The notes under the pieces were generated by a model. The model ran no database searches. It was not told the DNA's origin and saw only the letters and a program-made list of their open reading frames with translations. A stretch of DNA of 64,000 nt from Limnothrix sp. BL-A-16 (lineage in GTDB: Bacteria; Cyanobacteriota; Cyanobacteriia; CACIAM-69d), in the NCBI GenBank assembly GCA_041937175.2, contig CP166615.1, forward strand, positions 96,001 through 160,000. Reading direction: 5' to 3'. Positions 49,624 through 59,781 of this stretch are shown here, piece by piece. How positions within the stretch are numbered: the stretch's first letter is position 1; every line of letters starts with the position of its first letter. A program made the translations under genes and the position numbers.

Positions 49624-51159
49624 ATGGCTCGATTTGACAGCGTTCAAAGTATTCATCACGCGCGGCATTTGCTCTATGACAAATCAATTGTTTACTGTCG
49701 CGATCGCCCCGTGGGAACCTTTGCCGCCTTGCCACAACCTCGGCGCGATCGACCCGATGCCCCGCCGGATCCTGACCTGAATTACAACGAAGTTTTCATC
49801 CGGGATAACGTACCCGTGATGATTTATTTTTTGTTGGATGGACGAGCGGATTTACTGCGAGATTTCCTGGATATTTGCCTGGACTTGCAAAGCACCGATC
49901 CCCAAACGGAAGGCATTTTTCCCAGCAGCTTCTATGTGGAACCCAATAGCCAAACCCTGGTGGCTGACTATGGTCAACGGGCGATCGGGCGGGTTTCCTC
50001 CGTTGATGCCAGCCTTTGGTGGCCGATTTTGGCCCATGTTTATGTGCAACGAACGGGCGATTGGAGTTGGAGCCAACAACCCAAAGTCCAAGAGGGTATT
50101 CAGCGGTTTCTGCGGCTGATTTTGCATCCTTGGTTTCGGCACGCCCCAACCCTTTACGTGCCCGATGGAGCCTTCATGATTGATCGCCCCTTGGATGTGT
50201 GGGGCGCACCCTTAGAAATTCAAACCTTGCTGTATGGAGCCTTGCTCAGTTCCGTCGTTTTAATTCATAGCGATCTGAAGGAAAAAGTAATTGGCAGCAC
50301 TGCCGGATCAGCAGCCCTCACCGATCCCTTTATTCGGCAACAAATTTGGCAATTACGATACGCCACTGCCCTGGCCCGTCGCCTGCGTCGCTATCTGCTT
50401 CAGCACTATTGGATTAATGGCAAAACCATTCAAATCCTGCGCCGCCGGCCCACTGACCAATACGGTGAGCGCGTCTCCAATGAATATAATATTCGCACCG
50501 AAACGATTCCCCACTGGTTGCAAACCTGGCTGGGCGATCAAGGGGGATATCTGATTGGTAATATCCGCACAGGTCGCCCTGATTTTCGCTTTTTCTCCTT
50601 GGGAAATTGCTTGGGCGCTATTTTTGATGTGCTCACCTTTTCCCAACAGCGTGCCCTCTTCCAATTGGTGCTGAATAATCAGGCTGATTTGTTTGGAGAA
50701 ATGCCCTTGCGCATTTGCCATCCCCCTTTGGATGCCAGTGATTGGCGTAATAAAACGGGATATGACTCCAAAAACCGCCCCTGGTGCTATCACAATGGCG
50801 GTCATTGGCCCTGCTTGCTTTGGTATTTTGTGGTGGCCGTTTTGCGACATCAACAAACGTCAACCACGCCCTACTATCGCTTTGGCCATTTGCATGAGTC
50901 GCTCTGGGATTGCTTGCAAGATGCCTATCAGGTGTTGTTGAAGCGGTTACCGGAACAAAAATGGCCGGAATATTTTGATGGGCCCACGGGGGTTTGGCTG
51001 GGTCAAGAGGCGCGCCTTTACCAAACCTGGACTTTTACGGGCCTGCTGTTGGTTCACCATTTTTTGAATAAGCCGGCCGATGCCACGGTGTTGGATATGC
51101 CGGGATTACGATCGATCCTGTCGATCGAGGCGCAATATCAAGATTTGCGATGGGATTGA
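49624..51159 (+). CDS. Alkaline/neutral invertase (GH100)
   Basis: LNYNEVFIRD, DYGQRAIGRV..VDASLWW, FMIDR, DFRFFSLGN, YHNGGHWP, WPEYFDG, QTWT. Confidence 0.93.
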   Translation: MARFDSVQSIHHARHLLYDKSIVYCRDRPVGTFAALPQPRRDRPDAPPDPDLNYNEVFIRDNVPVMIYFLLDGRADLLRDFLDICLDLQSTDPQTEGIFPSSFYVEPNSQTLVADYGQRAIGRVSSVDASLWWPILAHVYVQRTGDWSWSQQPKVQEGIQRFLRLILHPWFRHAPTLYVPDGAFMIDRPLDVWGAPLEIQTLLYGALLSSVVLIHSDLKEKVIGSTAGSAALTDPFIRQQIWQLRYATALARRLRRYLLQHYWINGKTIQILRRRPTDQYGERVSNEYNIRTETIPHWLQTWLGDQGGYLIGNIRTGRPDFRFFSLGNCLGAIFDVLTFSQQRALFQLVLNNQADLFGEMPLRICHPPLDASDWRNKTGYDSKNRPWCYHNGGHWPCLLWYFVVAVLRHQQTSTTPYYRFGHLHESLWDCLQDAYQVLLKRLPEQKWPEYFDGPTGVWLGQEARLYQTWTFTGLLLVHHFLNKPADATVLDMPGLRSILSIEAQYQDLRWD

Positions 51160-51351
51160 CGATACCCATGCAGTGAAGGCGATCAACATCTTCGATCGCC
51201 CATGGCGACCCAACCAGACCCCGTAGCGGGCGATCGCGTGAGTTGCCGGTTGTGGGCCCGGCGATCGCCCCAGGGCTGCGACCTGAGCATTGACCCGCAA
51301 AATGCCGGGGAACCCCCGGCCGAATTCCTGGGACGATCCCCTAGCCGGATT

Positions 51352-51369
51352 TAGGTAAAGAAAGTTAAA
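51352..51369 (-). promoter_or_regulatory. Weak HLR1-like repeat upstream of psbD
   Basis: Minus strand TTTAACTT-TC-TTTACCTA. Confidence 0.35.
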
Positions 51370-51486
51370 CTTTTCTGAGAGTGATTGTGGCGATTCGATC
51401 GCTTTGTGCTTAGTCGCCCTCGGCCATCGATCGCCCCTGACCTCTCATTTTTGTCATTTATTTCCCTTCTTACTCGGAGTTCTTCC

Positions 51487-52545
51487 ATGACCATCGCAGT
51501 TGGACGCGTGGGCACGGAACGCGGGTGGTTCGACGTAGTGGACGACTGGCTGAAGCGAGATCGCTTCGTCTTCGTCGGCTGGTCGGGTCTGCTGTTGTTC
51601 CCCTGCGCATACCTCGCCCTCGGAGGCTGGCTGACCGGCACCACCTTCGTCACCTCGTGGTACACCCACGGATTGGCTTCGTCGTACCTGGAAGGATGCA
51701 ACTTCCTGACCGTCGCCGTGTCCACCCCGGCGAATAGCTTGGGTCACTCGCTGCTGCTGCTGTGGGGTCCCGAAGCACAGGGAGACTTCGTGCGCTGGTG
51801 CCAGTTGGGCGGTTTGTGGAACTTTGTGGCATTGCATGGGGCATTTGGACTGATCGGCTTCATGCTGCGTCAGTTTGAAATTGCCCGCTTGGTGGGGATT
51901 CGTCCTTACAACGCGATCGCCTTCTCGGGGCCGATCGCGGTGTTTGTGTCGGTATTCCTGATGTACCCGTTGGGTCAATCGGGCTGGTTCTTTGCGCCCA
52001 GCTTTGGAGTGGCATCAATCTTCCGGTTCCTGCTGTTCCTGCAAGGGTTCCACAACTGGACGCTGAATCCGTTCCACATGATGGGTGTCGCCGGGATTCT
52101 CGGCGGTGCGCTGCTGTGCGCCATCCACGGTGCAACGGTAGAAAACACCCTGTTCCAAGATGGGGAAAAGGCGAACACCTTTGGTGCATTTGAGCCGACC
52201 CAAGCCGAAGAAACCTACTCGATGGTGACGGCGAACCGATTCTGGTCGCAAATCTTCGGGATTGCGTTCTCGAACAAGCGTTGGCTGCACTTCTTCATGC
52301 TGTTCGTGCCCGTGATGGGTCTGTGGACGAGTTCGATCGGGATTGTGGGATTGGGCTTGAACCTGCGGGCATACGACTTCGTGTCGCAAGAGCTGCGGGC
52401 GGCTGAAGACCCCGAATTCGAGACGTTCTACACGAAGAACATCCTGTTGAACGAAGGCATCCGCGCTTGGATGGCTCCGCAAGACCAACCCCACGAAAAC
52501 TTCATCTTCCCCGAAGAAGTGCTGCCTCGCGGTAACGCACTGTAA
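51487..52545 (+). CDS. psbD: Photosystem II D2 protein, monocistronic copy (psbD2-type)
   Basis: [33 protein letters not shown]; no overlapping psbC follows. Confidence 0.99.
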   Translation: MTIAVGRVGTERGWFDVVDDWLKRDRFVFVGWSGLLLFPCAYLALGGWLTGTTFVTSWYTHGLASSYLEGCNFLTVAVSTPANSLGHSLLLLWGPEAQGDFVRWCQLGGLWNFVALHGAFGLIGFMLRQFEIARLVGIRPYNAIAFSGPIAVFVSVFLMYPLGQSGWFFAPSFGVASIFRFLLFLQGFHNWTLNPFHMMGVAGILGGALLCAIHGATVENTLFQDGEKANTFGAFEPTQAEETYSMVTANRFWSQIFGIAFSNKRWLHFFMLFVPVMGLWTSSIGIVGLGLNLRAYDFVSQELRAAEDPEFETFYTKNILLNEGIRAWMAPQDQPHENFIFPEEVLPRGNAL

Positions 52546-52654
52546 GGGTTGAGCGAAGCCTGAGTCTAAGCGATGAATCTACACGATCGCGCGTTTTCTC
52601 ATCAAACCGTTGCGATCGCCTATTGCTCAAATTAACCAGAGACAGATCATGAAT

Positions 52655-52689
52655 AGAGGGTGCGATCGACGCGATCGCGCCCTTTTTTT
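52655..52689 (+). terminator. psbD terminator with HIP1-based stem
   Basis: AGGGTGCGATCG-acg-CGATCGCGCCCT then T-run. Confidence 0.8.
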
Positions 52690-52789
52690 GGTCTCCTACG
52701 GGACTTGCGGGACTTGTGGGCACGATGATCAGCCCGATCGGGGGTTTGGGTTTTGGGCCATTCCCAGAAAGTTGTGTTAGTTTATTCAT

Positions 52790-52808
52790 AGTCATAATGA
52801 TTATGACT
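52790..52808. promoter_or_regulatory. PerR/Fur-family operator upstream of rubrerythrin
   Basis: Perfect 9-1-9 palindrome AGTCATAAT-G-ATTATGACT resembling Per box TTATAATNATTATAA. Confidence 0.75.
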
Positions 52809-52906
52809 TAGAGAAGAGTTCACGCTGCCACCACCTCGCCAGCCTTCCGCACTGGGGCTGACCGGGATGGTGCACACAACTAACCCCACCCGTTTTCTTG
52901 CGTCTT

Positions 52907-53605
52907 ATGGATCTTTCAAACTCCAACACCGCCAAAAACTTGGCCGATGCCTTCGCTGGCGAATCGATGGCGAATCGGAAATATCTGTTCTTCTCGGAAG
53001 TGGTGAAAAAGCTGGGTCTGGGCGACTTGGCCAAGCTGTTTCGGGAAACGGCCAACCAAGAAACGGAACATGCGTTCGCCCACTTTCGGCTGATGCATCC
53101 GGAGTTGGTGGTGGACGATCCGGCCAGCCTCAGCGACGAACAAAAGAAGGCGATCGCGGCCCGCTGTTTGGAGCTGGCGATCGAGGGTGAAACCTACGAG
53201 TATCAGACCATGTATCCCAACTTTGCTGCCGAAGCCCGGGTCGATCGGGATGGGGAAGCGGAGCGGGAATTCCAAGAACAGGCCGAGGAGTCGCGGGAAC
53301 ATGCGGGAATTTTCCGCACGGCTGCCCGTAACTTTGGACTGTTGACCGCGATCGAACATCACCACGCCGACCAATACAGCGAAGCCCTGCGCGGTTTGGA
53401 TGGTGTGGCTCCGGCAAACAAGGCCGCGGGCAGCAAGTGGATTTGTCGCCAGTGCTCCATGATCTATGACCCCGCCGAGGGCGATCCCGACTCGGGCATT
53501 GCTCCGGGGACTCCCTTTGAAGCCATTCCTGATGATTGGGAATGCCCAATTTGCGGCGCGAAAAAGGCTCTGTTCGTACCCTATCAAGAGTCGATCGCTG
53601 CCTAG
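52907..53605 (+). CDS. Rubrerythrin with C-terminal rubredoxin domain
   Basis: [38 protein letters not shown]...WECPICG. Confidence 0.93.
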   Translation: MDLSNSNTAKNLADAFAGESMANRKYLFFSEVVKKLGLGDLAKLFRETANQETEHAFAHFRLMHPELVVDDPASLSDEQKKAIAARCLELAIEGETYEYQTMYPNFAAEARVDRDGEAEREFQEQAEESREHAGIFRTAARNFGLLTAIEHHHADQYSEALRGLDGVAPANKAAGSKWICRQCSMIYDPAEGDPDSGIAPGTPFEAIPDDWECPICGAKKALFVPYQESIAA

Positions 53606-53727
53606 GCTGGGTCATTGGTCATTAATTTAGATCTGCTCAGATCTGCAATCAGCCCTGAAATCAACTCTGAAATTAGCTCTAGAAAACGAAAAAGTAGCTG
53701 ATTTTCAGTAATTGAACAGCATAATCG

Positions 53728-53765
53728 AGTGCGCCATTCACCAACCTGGAATGGCGCATTTTTTT
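53728..53765 (+). terminator. Rubrerythrin terminator
   Basis: GTGCGCCATTC...GAATGGCGCAT then T-run. Confidence 0.8.
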
Positions 53766-53923
53766 GGTTTTGTGAGAATCAAGTTGGGTTCAACTAAAAA
53801 CGATCGCGCGAAAACTTTGCTAAAAAAACTAGCCTTGTTGAGATGAATGGGCTATATGCTATCTGTATATTACAGTATTCCGATCGGGTAACTGTAGTTA
53901 AAGAAAACTGGGAGTCACAAGAA

Positions 53924-54952
53924 ATGGGAATCGCGGTTGAGCATGTCTCCAAGTCCTATGGCGATTTTCGAGCAGTTGATGATGTTTCGTTAGACATTCA
54001 ATCGGGTTCTTTGGTTGCGTTGTTGGGACCATCCGGCTCAGGAAAGTCCACACTCCTCAGAATTATTGCGGGGCTGGAATCCACTGATGCGGGGACAATT
54101 TCACTGATTGGGCGGGATGCAACCTATCAAAGCGTCCAAGAGCGAAAAATTGGGTTTGTGTTTCAGCACTATGCGCTGTTTAAGCACATGACCGTTCGGC
54201 AAAATATTGCTTTTCCGTTGGAGTTGCGCAAGACTCCGCCGGCTGAAATTCAAGAGCGCGTGAACCGATTGTTGGACTTGATTCAACTGGCGGGCTATGG
54301 CAATCGCTATCCTGCGCAGTTGTCCGGTGGGCAACGGCAGCGAGTGGCCTTGGCGCGGGCCCTGTCCGTGGAACCCCAAATTTTGCTGCTGGATGAACCG
54401 TTTGGTGCTTTGGATGCCAAGGTGCGCAAGGAATTGCGAACATGGCTGCATAACCTGCATCGCACTATGAATGTGACCACGGTTTTTGTGACCCACGACC
54501 AAGAAGAGGCGATGGAAGTTGCCGATCGAATTGTGGTGATGAACCAAGGCAAAATTGAACAAGTCGGCACGCCTGCGGAAATTTATGACAACCCTGCCTC
54601 GCCCTTTGTGATGAGTTTTGTGGGGCCTGTGAATGTGTTGTCTATTTTTCCAGGATCTGTGTCGCGCTGGGCGGGCGATCGGGTGTGGGAAGACAGTGAT
54701 AATTGGCGACTCTTTTTGCGACCCCATGATGTGGAAATTGTGACCGATCCTGTGGATGACAAGGCCTTACCTGCAACGGTCGATCGGATCATGCATTTGG
54801 GATGGGAAGTGCAAGTGCATTTAAAACTGGAGGATGGCCCATCCTTGACAGCTTCTGTGAACCGAGATCACTATCACCGACTCCACATTGAACGAGAGCA
54901 ACAAGTCTATGCACGGCCCCGATCGGTGCGTGTTTTTCCCTTGGCAACCTAA
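53924..54952 (+). CDS. cysA: Sulfate/thiosulfate ABC transporter ATP-binding protein
   Basis: [42 protein letters not shown]-terminal TOBE. Confidence 0.9.
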   Translation: MGIAVEHVSKSYGDFRAVDDVSLDIQSGSLVALLGPSGSGKSTLLRIIAGLESTDAGTISLIGRDATYQSVQERKIGFVFQHYALFKHMTVRQNIAFPLELRKTPPAEIQERVNRLLDLIQLAGYGNRYPAQLSGGQRQRVALARALSVEPQILLLDEPFGALDAKVRKELRTWLHNLHRTMNVTTVFVTHDQEEAMEVADRIVVMNQGKIEQVGTPAEIYDNPASPFVMSFVGPVNVLSIFPGSVSRWAGDRVWEDSDNWRLFLRPHDVEIVTDPVDDKALPATVDRIMHLGWEVQVHLKLEDGPSLTASVNRDHYHRLHIEREQQVYARPRSVRVFPLAT

Positions 54953-54966
54953 AGAATATGTACTTA

Positions 54967-55135
54967 AGAGATGCCTGAGCAGTAACTGTGGGTACTAGTA
55001 AAACTCTAGTAGTCGTGGAACTGGTAAAACACGAGTAGTTGTGGAGGCAAGGGGCTTAAGCCCCTTGTCTTTGTCGATTGGTACGCCTTTGTCGATTGGT
55101 GCGATCCGCAAGATCGCAGTTTTGGCTGTTTCGGT
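54967..55135. repeat. Degenerate arm-type-A element with perfect core and small internal duplications
   Basis: gatgcctgagcagtaac matches 2577; core at 55048; duplicated ctttgtcgattggt. Confidence 0.7.
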
Positions 55136-55204
55136 AAAGGCTGTAATTTAAGAATTTAAACTAATTAAAGATTGATTAGCAGTTGACAAATCTGATCTTG
55201 AAAA

Positions 55205-55693
55205 CTACTGAAAGTAAGCACCCGCAAAACTGTAGATCAGTCCGCCAAAAACAATCGAAGTGATTGCAAAATAGAGCCAATCTTGGCGACGTAAAAAAGT
55301 GAACCAAGACAGAGCAACACGAATAATGGGTGTTGCAACCAACAGCATAATGCCCACTTGAATCCACCCGCGACCGTGACCCGAAAGGGCAGATTTCGCA
55401 GCACCCCAAGGAGAGCAAAGCTCTCGAGGTTCTCCCACAAAGACCCGAAAGCTGGCTGGCTCACCTCCATGACGAAAAATATAAATGCAGCCGCCTGCAA
55501 AGACGATCGAACTCGCAATGATCATTCCCCACCACAACACATGACTAACGGCTAATTCAAGGCTGTGGTCGGTGCTTTTTCGGGTTTCTAAATCAACTGG
55601 CGAAGATTCCAAAGGAGAAATGGGACTATTCGCTGTAGTCATGGCGATCGCCTGATCGGAAGACTTACCCTTCATCATTGATGCAATCTCCAT
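55205..55693 (-). CDS. DUF1634 membrane protein
   Basis: VSHVLWWG, IQVGIMLLVATPIIRV, RQDWLY; downstream of TauE; start uncertain. Confidence 0.85.
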   Translation of the reverse strand: MEIASMMKGKSSDQAIAMTTANSPISPLESSPVDLETRKSTDHSLELAVSHVLWWGMIIASSIVFAGGCIYIFRHGGEPASFRVFVGEPRELCSPWGAAKSALSGHGRGWIQVGIMLLVATPIIRVALSWFTFLRRQDWLYFAITSIVFGGLIYSFAGAYFQ

Positions 55694-55775
55694 TGTTACT
55701 TGGGCTGCTGTGAATTACGAGCGTTAAAATTCTGTTTGGTCTCAACTTTGAAATTGAGCGAAAAGTGTGTGATTT

Positions 55776-56612
55776 CTAGGTAATTAATCCGTTATAAATC
55801 ATTTTGATTGCTAGGAGTACCAACACAATGGAAAAGAGCCAGCGCAACCATTCTGGCTTGGCTCCAATCAGAACTCTTGCGCCGGTCATGGCTCCCATCA
55901 AAACCCCTAGCATCACGGGCATTGAGAGGCCGGGATCCACATAGCCTCGGGATAAATAAACGCCGGCCGACATGGCAGCGGTGACCCCGATCGTGAAGTT
56001 GCTGGTGGTGGTGGAAACCTTAAACGGTAAGCCCATGACGCGATCCATCGCCAAGACTTTCAAGGAGCCAGAACCGATGCCGAGCAATCCTGAAAGCAGA
56101 CCGGCCACGGCCATTAAGCTAAAGCCAGTGGGAACCGAACGAACGGTATAGGCGATCGTTCCTTCTCCGTTGGGGGCGGGATAGCAGTTATCGAGTTGCA
56201 ATCGCTCAGCCAAGGAACCTGGCTCGGTTAATTCCGCTTCCTTGGGGGTGGATTGTTGCGCAAAAAAAGCGGAATAAAGCAGGACGGTTCCTAACACAAC
56301 GGTCAAGGCTTTGACGGGAACAACGGTGGCTAAGGTGGCTCCGACGAAAGATCCAAGGGTCGTTGCCACTTCTAAAAACATCCCGAGACGTAAGTTGGCA
56401 AATCCCGATCGAATGTAGGTTGCGGCGGAACCGGCGGAGGTGGCAATGACAGAAATTAAGGAGGCCCCGATCGCGTAGCGAATATCGACCCCAAAAACCG
56501 AGGTGAGCAGAGGCACAATCACTACGCCGCCCCCAAGACCGGTCAAGGCTCCTAAGAATCCGGCGGCGAATGAACCGGCCCACACTAAGAATGAAAACTC
56601 AAAAATATTCAC
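55776..56612 (-). CDS. TauE/SafE (TSUP) family permease
   Basis: GALTGLGGG..VPLL, SVIATS, GLLGIGSG, KVSTTTSNF. Confidence 0.92.
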   Translation of the reverse strand: MNIFEFSFLVWAGSFAAGFLGALTGLGGGVVIVPLLTSVFGVDIRYAIGASLISVIATSAGSAATYIRSGFANLRLGMFLEVATTLGSFVGATLATVVPVKALTVVLGTVLLYSAFFAQQSTPKEAELTEPGSLAERLQLDNCYPAPNGEGTIAYTVRSVPTGFSLMAVAGLLSGLLGIGSGSLKVLAMDRVMGLPFKVSTTTSNFTIGVTAAMSAGVYLSRGYVDPGLSMPVMLGVLMGAMTGARVLIGAKPEWLRWLFSIVLVLLAIKMIYNGLIT

Positions 56613-56901
56613 CCCGCTCCATCCTGATGACTAGTAATTAAAGAAAATCCATAGGGAATGGCTGAAAAATGACTGGAGCAATCCGGCTCCTGGTGCTTGA
56701 TCACACTAAGAAATCCAGCCACTGTGCTTGGTTGCTGAGTTGAGAAAGTTGGAAGCTAGAAACCAGGTTAATGATGGTGTCTGTGCGAGCAAATTTTCAG
56801 ACTGCTGGTGAATTGTTCACAATCATTGTTCGCAGTCAATGCTCCAGAATGATGAATCGCTGTTGATCATTCATCACGGATTACGGATCATGGAGCACGA
56901 A

Positions 56902-57660
56902 TCAGCGACGAGTAAGCCAGCTTGAAGGGGTTGATGGTAGCTGAACTGGATCCGTGGGGCTGAGGATCAATCGATTGGCCACTTGCGTGATTAGGTAAGC
57001 GATCGACCAACCGCCAATGATGTCGCTGGGGAAGTGAACCCCGAGATAGAGCCTTGTCCAGGCAATGAGCAGCACAAAGCCACCACCCAGCCCCGCGATC
57101 GACCAACGCCAGACCCGCCCATAGGGGCGATCGAGCGGTTGTTGGCTGGAATACAAAGCACCAAGGGCCAAAACCAACGAGAGGCTAGCGGCCGCGTGGG
57201 TGCTGGGAAAGGCCCAATCAGCAGGGTAATGGTCTGGGGCCAGCAGCGAGGGCCAAAGGCTGGGCCTGGCTCGGTGCCAAACCACCTTCAGCAGGGTTGC
57301 TATGACTGTTGTACCGCCAATCGCACTCATCCAGTAGAGCAACTTACGCCATTGCCGTTGGTTCGCTAGGGACAAAAGACCCATGATGAACAGCGGAAAC
57401 GTTCCCCAGCGGGTTCCCAGTGGTGTGAGCCAAAGGGCGAGGCGATCGAGCCAAGGGGTGGTCTGTTGGTGCAATATTTCTAAAAACTGCACATCCCAGA
57501 GCGCTGGTTGCTGGAGATGGCGGATTAGGTATAGCGCACAGAGTCCTTGAATTGTGACCGCCCCACCGATTCCCAGCAGGCTGGGTTGGGATGATGAATG
57601 CTTGCCCAAAGTGCTGATCCCCGTGGTGTTTAGCCCATCAGTCATGCTTGGCCGGCTCAT
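56902..57660 (-). CDS. PAP2 family membrane phosphatase
   Basis: K.....RARP, FPSTHA, TRLYLGVHFPSD. Confidence 0.9.
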   Translation of the reverse strand: MSRPSMTDGLNTTGISTLGKHSSSQPSLLGIGGAVTIQGLCALYLIRHLQQPALWDVQFLEILHQQTTPWLDRLALWLTPLGTRWGTFPLFIMGLLSLANQRQWRKLLYWMSAIGGTTVIATLLKVVWHRARPSLWPSLLAPDHYPADWAFPSTHAAASLSLVLALGALYSSQQPLDRPYGRVWRWSIAGLGGGFVLLIAWTRLYLGVHFPSDIIGGWSIAYLITQVANRLILSPTDPVQLPSTPSSWLTRR

Positions 57661-57671
57661 CAGTCATTGGC

Positions 57672-58421
57672 TCAGTCATTGCTGGTCAGGGTTGGGGCAT
57701 CCAAAGGACGCTGATTAATCACCTTCTGGGACAGGCTCGGAAGCGGCCATTTTGCTTTGTTGGTGTTAACTGCTGCCGTGGGTGCTGTGCTGAGGGTTAA
57801 TTGGCCCTCGGGATCTTGGCTGATGGTGACGCGCGTGCCGTCAGCAACTTTGAGCGCGGCCAAACCGGTAAATTCCTGATTGGTTCCGTCGGGAAGGGTG
57901 GCGATCGCCTTGGTTCCCTTGGGAATCAAAACCCCTTCGCAGTCCCACTCGATCGCGGTGGTTTCCCCATTGGCCAAAAAGTAAAGACCAGTGTTGTAGC
58001 GATAGTCGTCCGTATCATCCGGCTCTGGCCCGTAAACTCCAACCACCTGGCCGCTGGTGTTTTCGCATTGGCCCCAGGTCTCGCCGGACTCCAACGCAAA
58101 GGTTTGGGCTGTTAGTTGTTCAATTTGCGATTCCAAGGGTTCGGGAATGGCTTCCCCTGCCTTCTGTTTCTTTTCGCGTTCGGCTGTTAATTGGCTCAAA
58201 GCTTGGCTGGCTGCCAAATAATCAGAATTTTCACTTAAGGGGCGATCGGCTAAGGCCGGGGGAGCGCAAAGCAAATTAACCGCAAAAACCAACAGGCAAC
58301 CCCCGATCGTCATCCAGCGGCTGAAGGATCCCAAAATCGCCGTTCTCGGTCCTTGCAAGCTTAGAAAATTTTGGACAATCCCTGGGACAAAACTCTTAGA
58401 GAAACCTTGGATAACGTTCAT
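57672..58421 (-). CDS. Exported hypothetical protein with a Cys pair
   Basis: Signal ending PALA; WGQCEN...GVYGP...LYFLANGETT..WDCEG; co-oriented in the cluster. Confidence 0.75.
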   Translation of the reverse strand: MNVIQGFSKSFVPGIVQNFLSLQGPRTAILGSFSRWMTIGGCLLVFAVNLLCAPPALADRPLSENSDYLAASQALSQLTAEREKKQKAGEAIPEPLESQIEQLTAQTFALESGETWGQCENTSGQVVGVYGPEPDDTDDYRYNTGLYFLANGETTAIEWDCEGVLIPKGTKAIATLPDGTNQEFTGLAALKVADGTRVTISQDPEGQLTLSTAPTAAVNTNKAKWPLPSLSQKVINQRPLDAPTLTSND

Positions 58422-58629
58422 GCTCTTTCCTCTTGATGACTGTTTGATGACTGTAAATTCTGCCAACTTCGCAATGCTCTACGTTTCAAACCAATCCCAA
58501 CTATGGTGGATGGCTGAACATTAATGCCTGTAAAAAACTGCCCATAATCCCTCGCGTTGGTTTCCCAATCTAAGAAAAATTAAACAACCTGAAAAGGCGC
58601 AAAGAATACAAAAATCACGAAATTGCTAA

Positions 58630-58646
58630 CATTAGCCTTAATAATG
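58630..58646. promoter_or_regulatory. Possible second LysR-type site
   Basis: CATTA-N7-TAATG (T-N11-A), same length and CAT...ATG ends as the 62277 site. Confidence 0.35.
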
Positions 58647-58987
58647 AAGGTTTTTGCTTGATGCCCAAAATTTTGTTTTGTTGCTGCAAAATCTTGCAGT
58701 CACTCAAACTGAATTGTCTGGTTTAGGATCACTGCATGGCAGTAATTAAAAATCCGCGTACCAAGGTATTGGTTTTAATGTATTCTCGAACGATGAAATG
58801 AGGTGAAGGTTTGAGAAGAAAATTGCTGATTTGGGTTGCTTCGACTGGGTTAACTCAAAAATGAGCGATTCTGCTTGTTGAAGCCTTGAAAAACCTGAAC
58901 TGAAGCAACTGAATAAACGAGCTAGATATAGCCTTTCGTGACTCAAAAAGTCTAACAAAGTCCCCTGATTTTGCCAAGATCTTGAGC

Positions 58988-59716
58988 TTAAGGAAGCATA
59001 AAGGAAAATAGCAATTGCGGAAGGTTACTTTCCCAGAAAATTCCTATCCCTAGAGCAATGAAAATCCAAGGCACAAATTGATGGCCAAATCGGCTAGTCC
59101 ATTGAGTAATCATGTGATAGCGACTAAACCGGCGTGTTAGCCAACAAAGCAATCCTACGCCTGCAAAGAAAACCCAGAGGATAATGCTGAGTTCCAGCCA
59201 GTTGCAGGAAGCAAACAGAGGAATATAAATTCCAATGTTGTCAGCACCGCAGGCAAGCGTAATCATTGTCACTTGGATGACTTGCGGGGATAGCCAAGGC
59301 AGCCACTGACGTAGTTTCTTGACTCGATGTCGAAAGGCTAAATTGGTCGATCGCCCGTTTAACGCTTGATCCCCAGATCCAAAAGCTTCTAGTTGAGAAT
59401 CGGGAGATTCTGACTCCTGAGATTGAGAAGCACGCAGTTGCGAAATGCCGATCCCGATCGGAAGAAAGCCCAGTAGCCCAATGGCCCAGGGAGGGAGCAG
59501 TAATCCTCCCCAAAACCCCACCAAACTGGCTAACACAATCAGGCCAAACCCGAGATAGCGTCCGATCAGGATTTGTCGATCGCGGAAGAGCCGATCGGGG
59601 CGACCAAACAACACCATCAGCACCACCACATCATCGATATTTGTGGCAATGAAGGAACTGGTTCCCGCCACAAAAGCACTAATCGCTAGCTCAGCTAAGG
59701 GACGCTGATCAATCAT
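58988..59716 (-). CDS. CadD-family (LysE superfamily) transporter, paralog 2
   Basis: ATNIDD, GRYLGF, GLLGFLPIGIG, CGADNIGIYIPLF. Confidence 0.88.
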   Translation of the reverse strand: MIDQRPLAELAISAFVAGTSSFIATNIDDVVVLMVLFGRPDRLFRDRQILIGRYLGFGLIVLASLVGFWGGLLLPPWAIGLLGFLPIGIGISQLRASQSQESESPDSQLEAFGSGDQALNGRSTNLAFRHRVKKLRQWLPWLSPQVIQVTMITLACGADNIGIYIPLFASCNWLELSIILWVFFAGVGLLCWLTRRFSRYHMITQWTSRFGHQFVPWIFIALGIGIFWESNLPQLLFSFMLP

Positions 59717-59781
59717 GGTGCTCAGACATGATGTTTAGGGCAAAACACATTACAAGAGTCGTAAGAGTTGCAGCGATTGTC

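Noticed and set aside
52495..52620. psbC overlapping the psbD 3' end
   Set aside because: No psbC frame follows; a terminator and a rubrerythrin gene do
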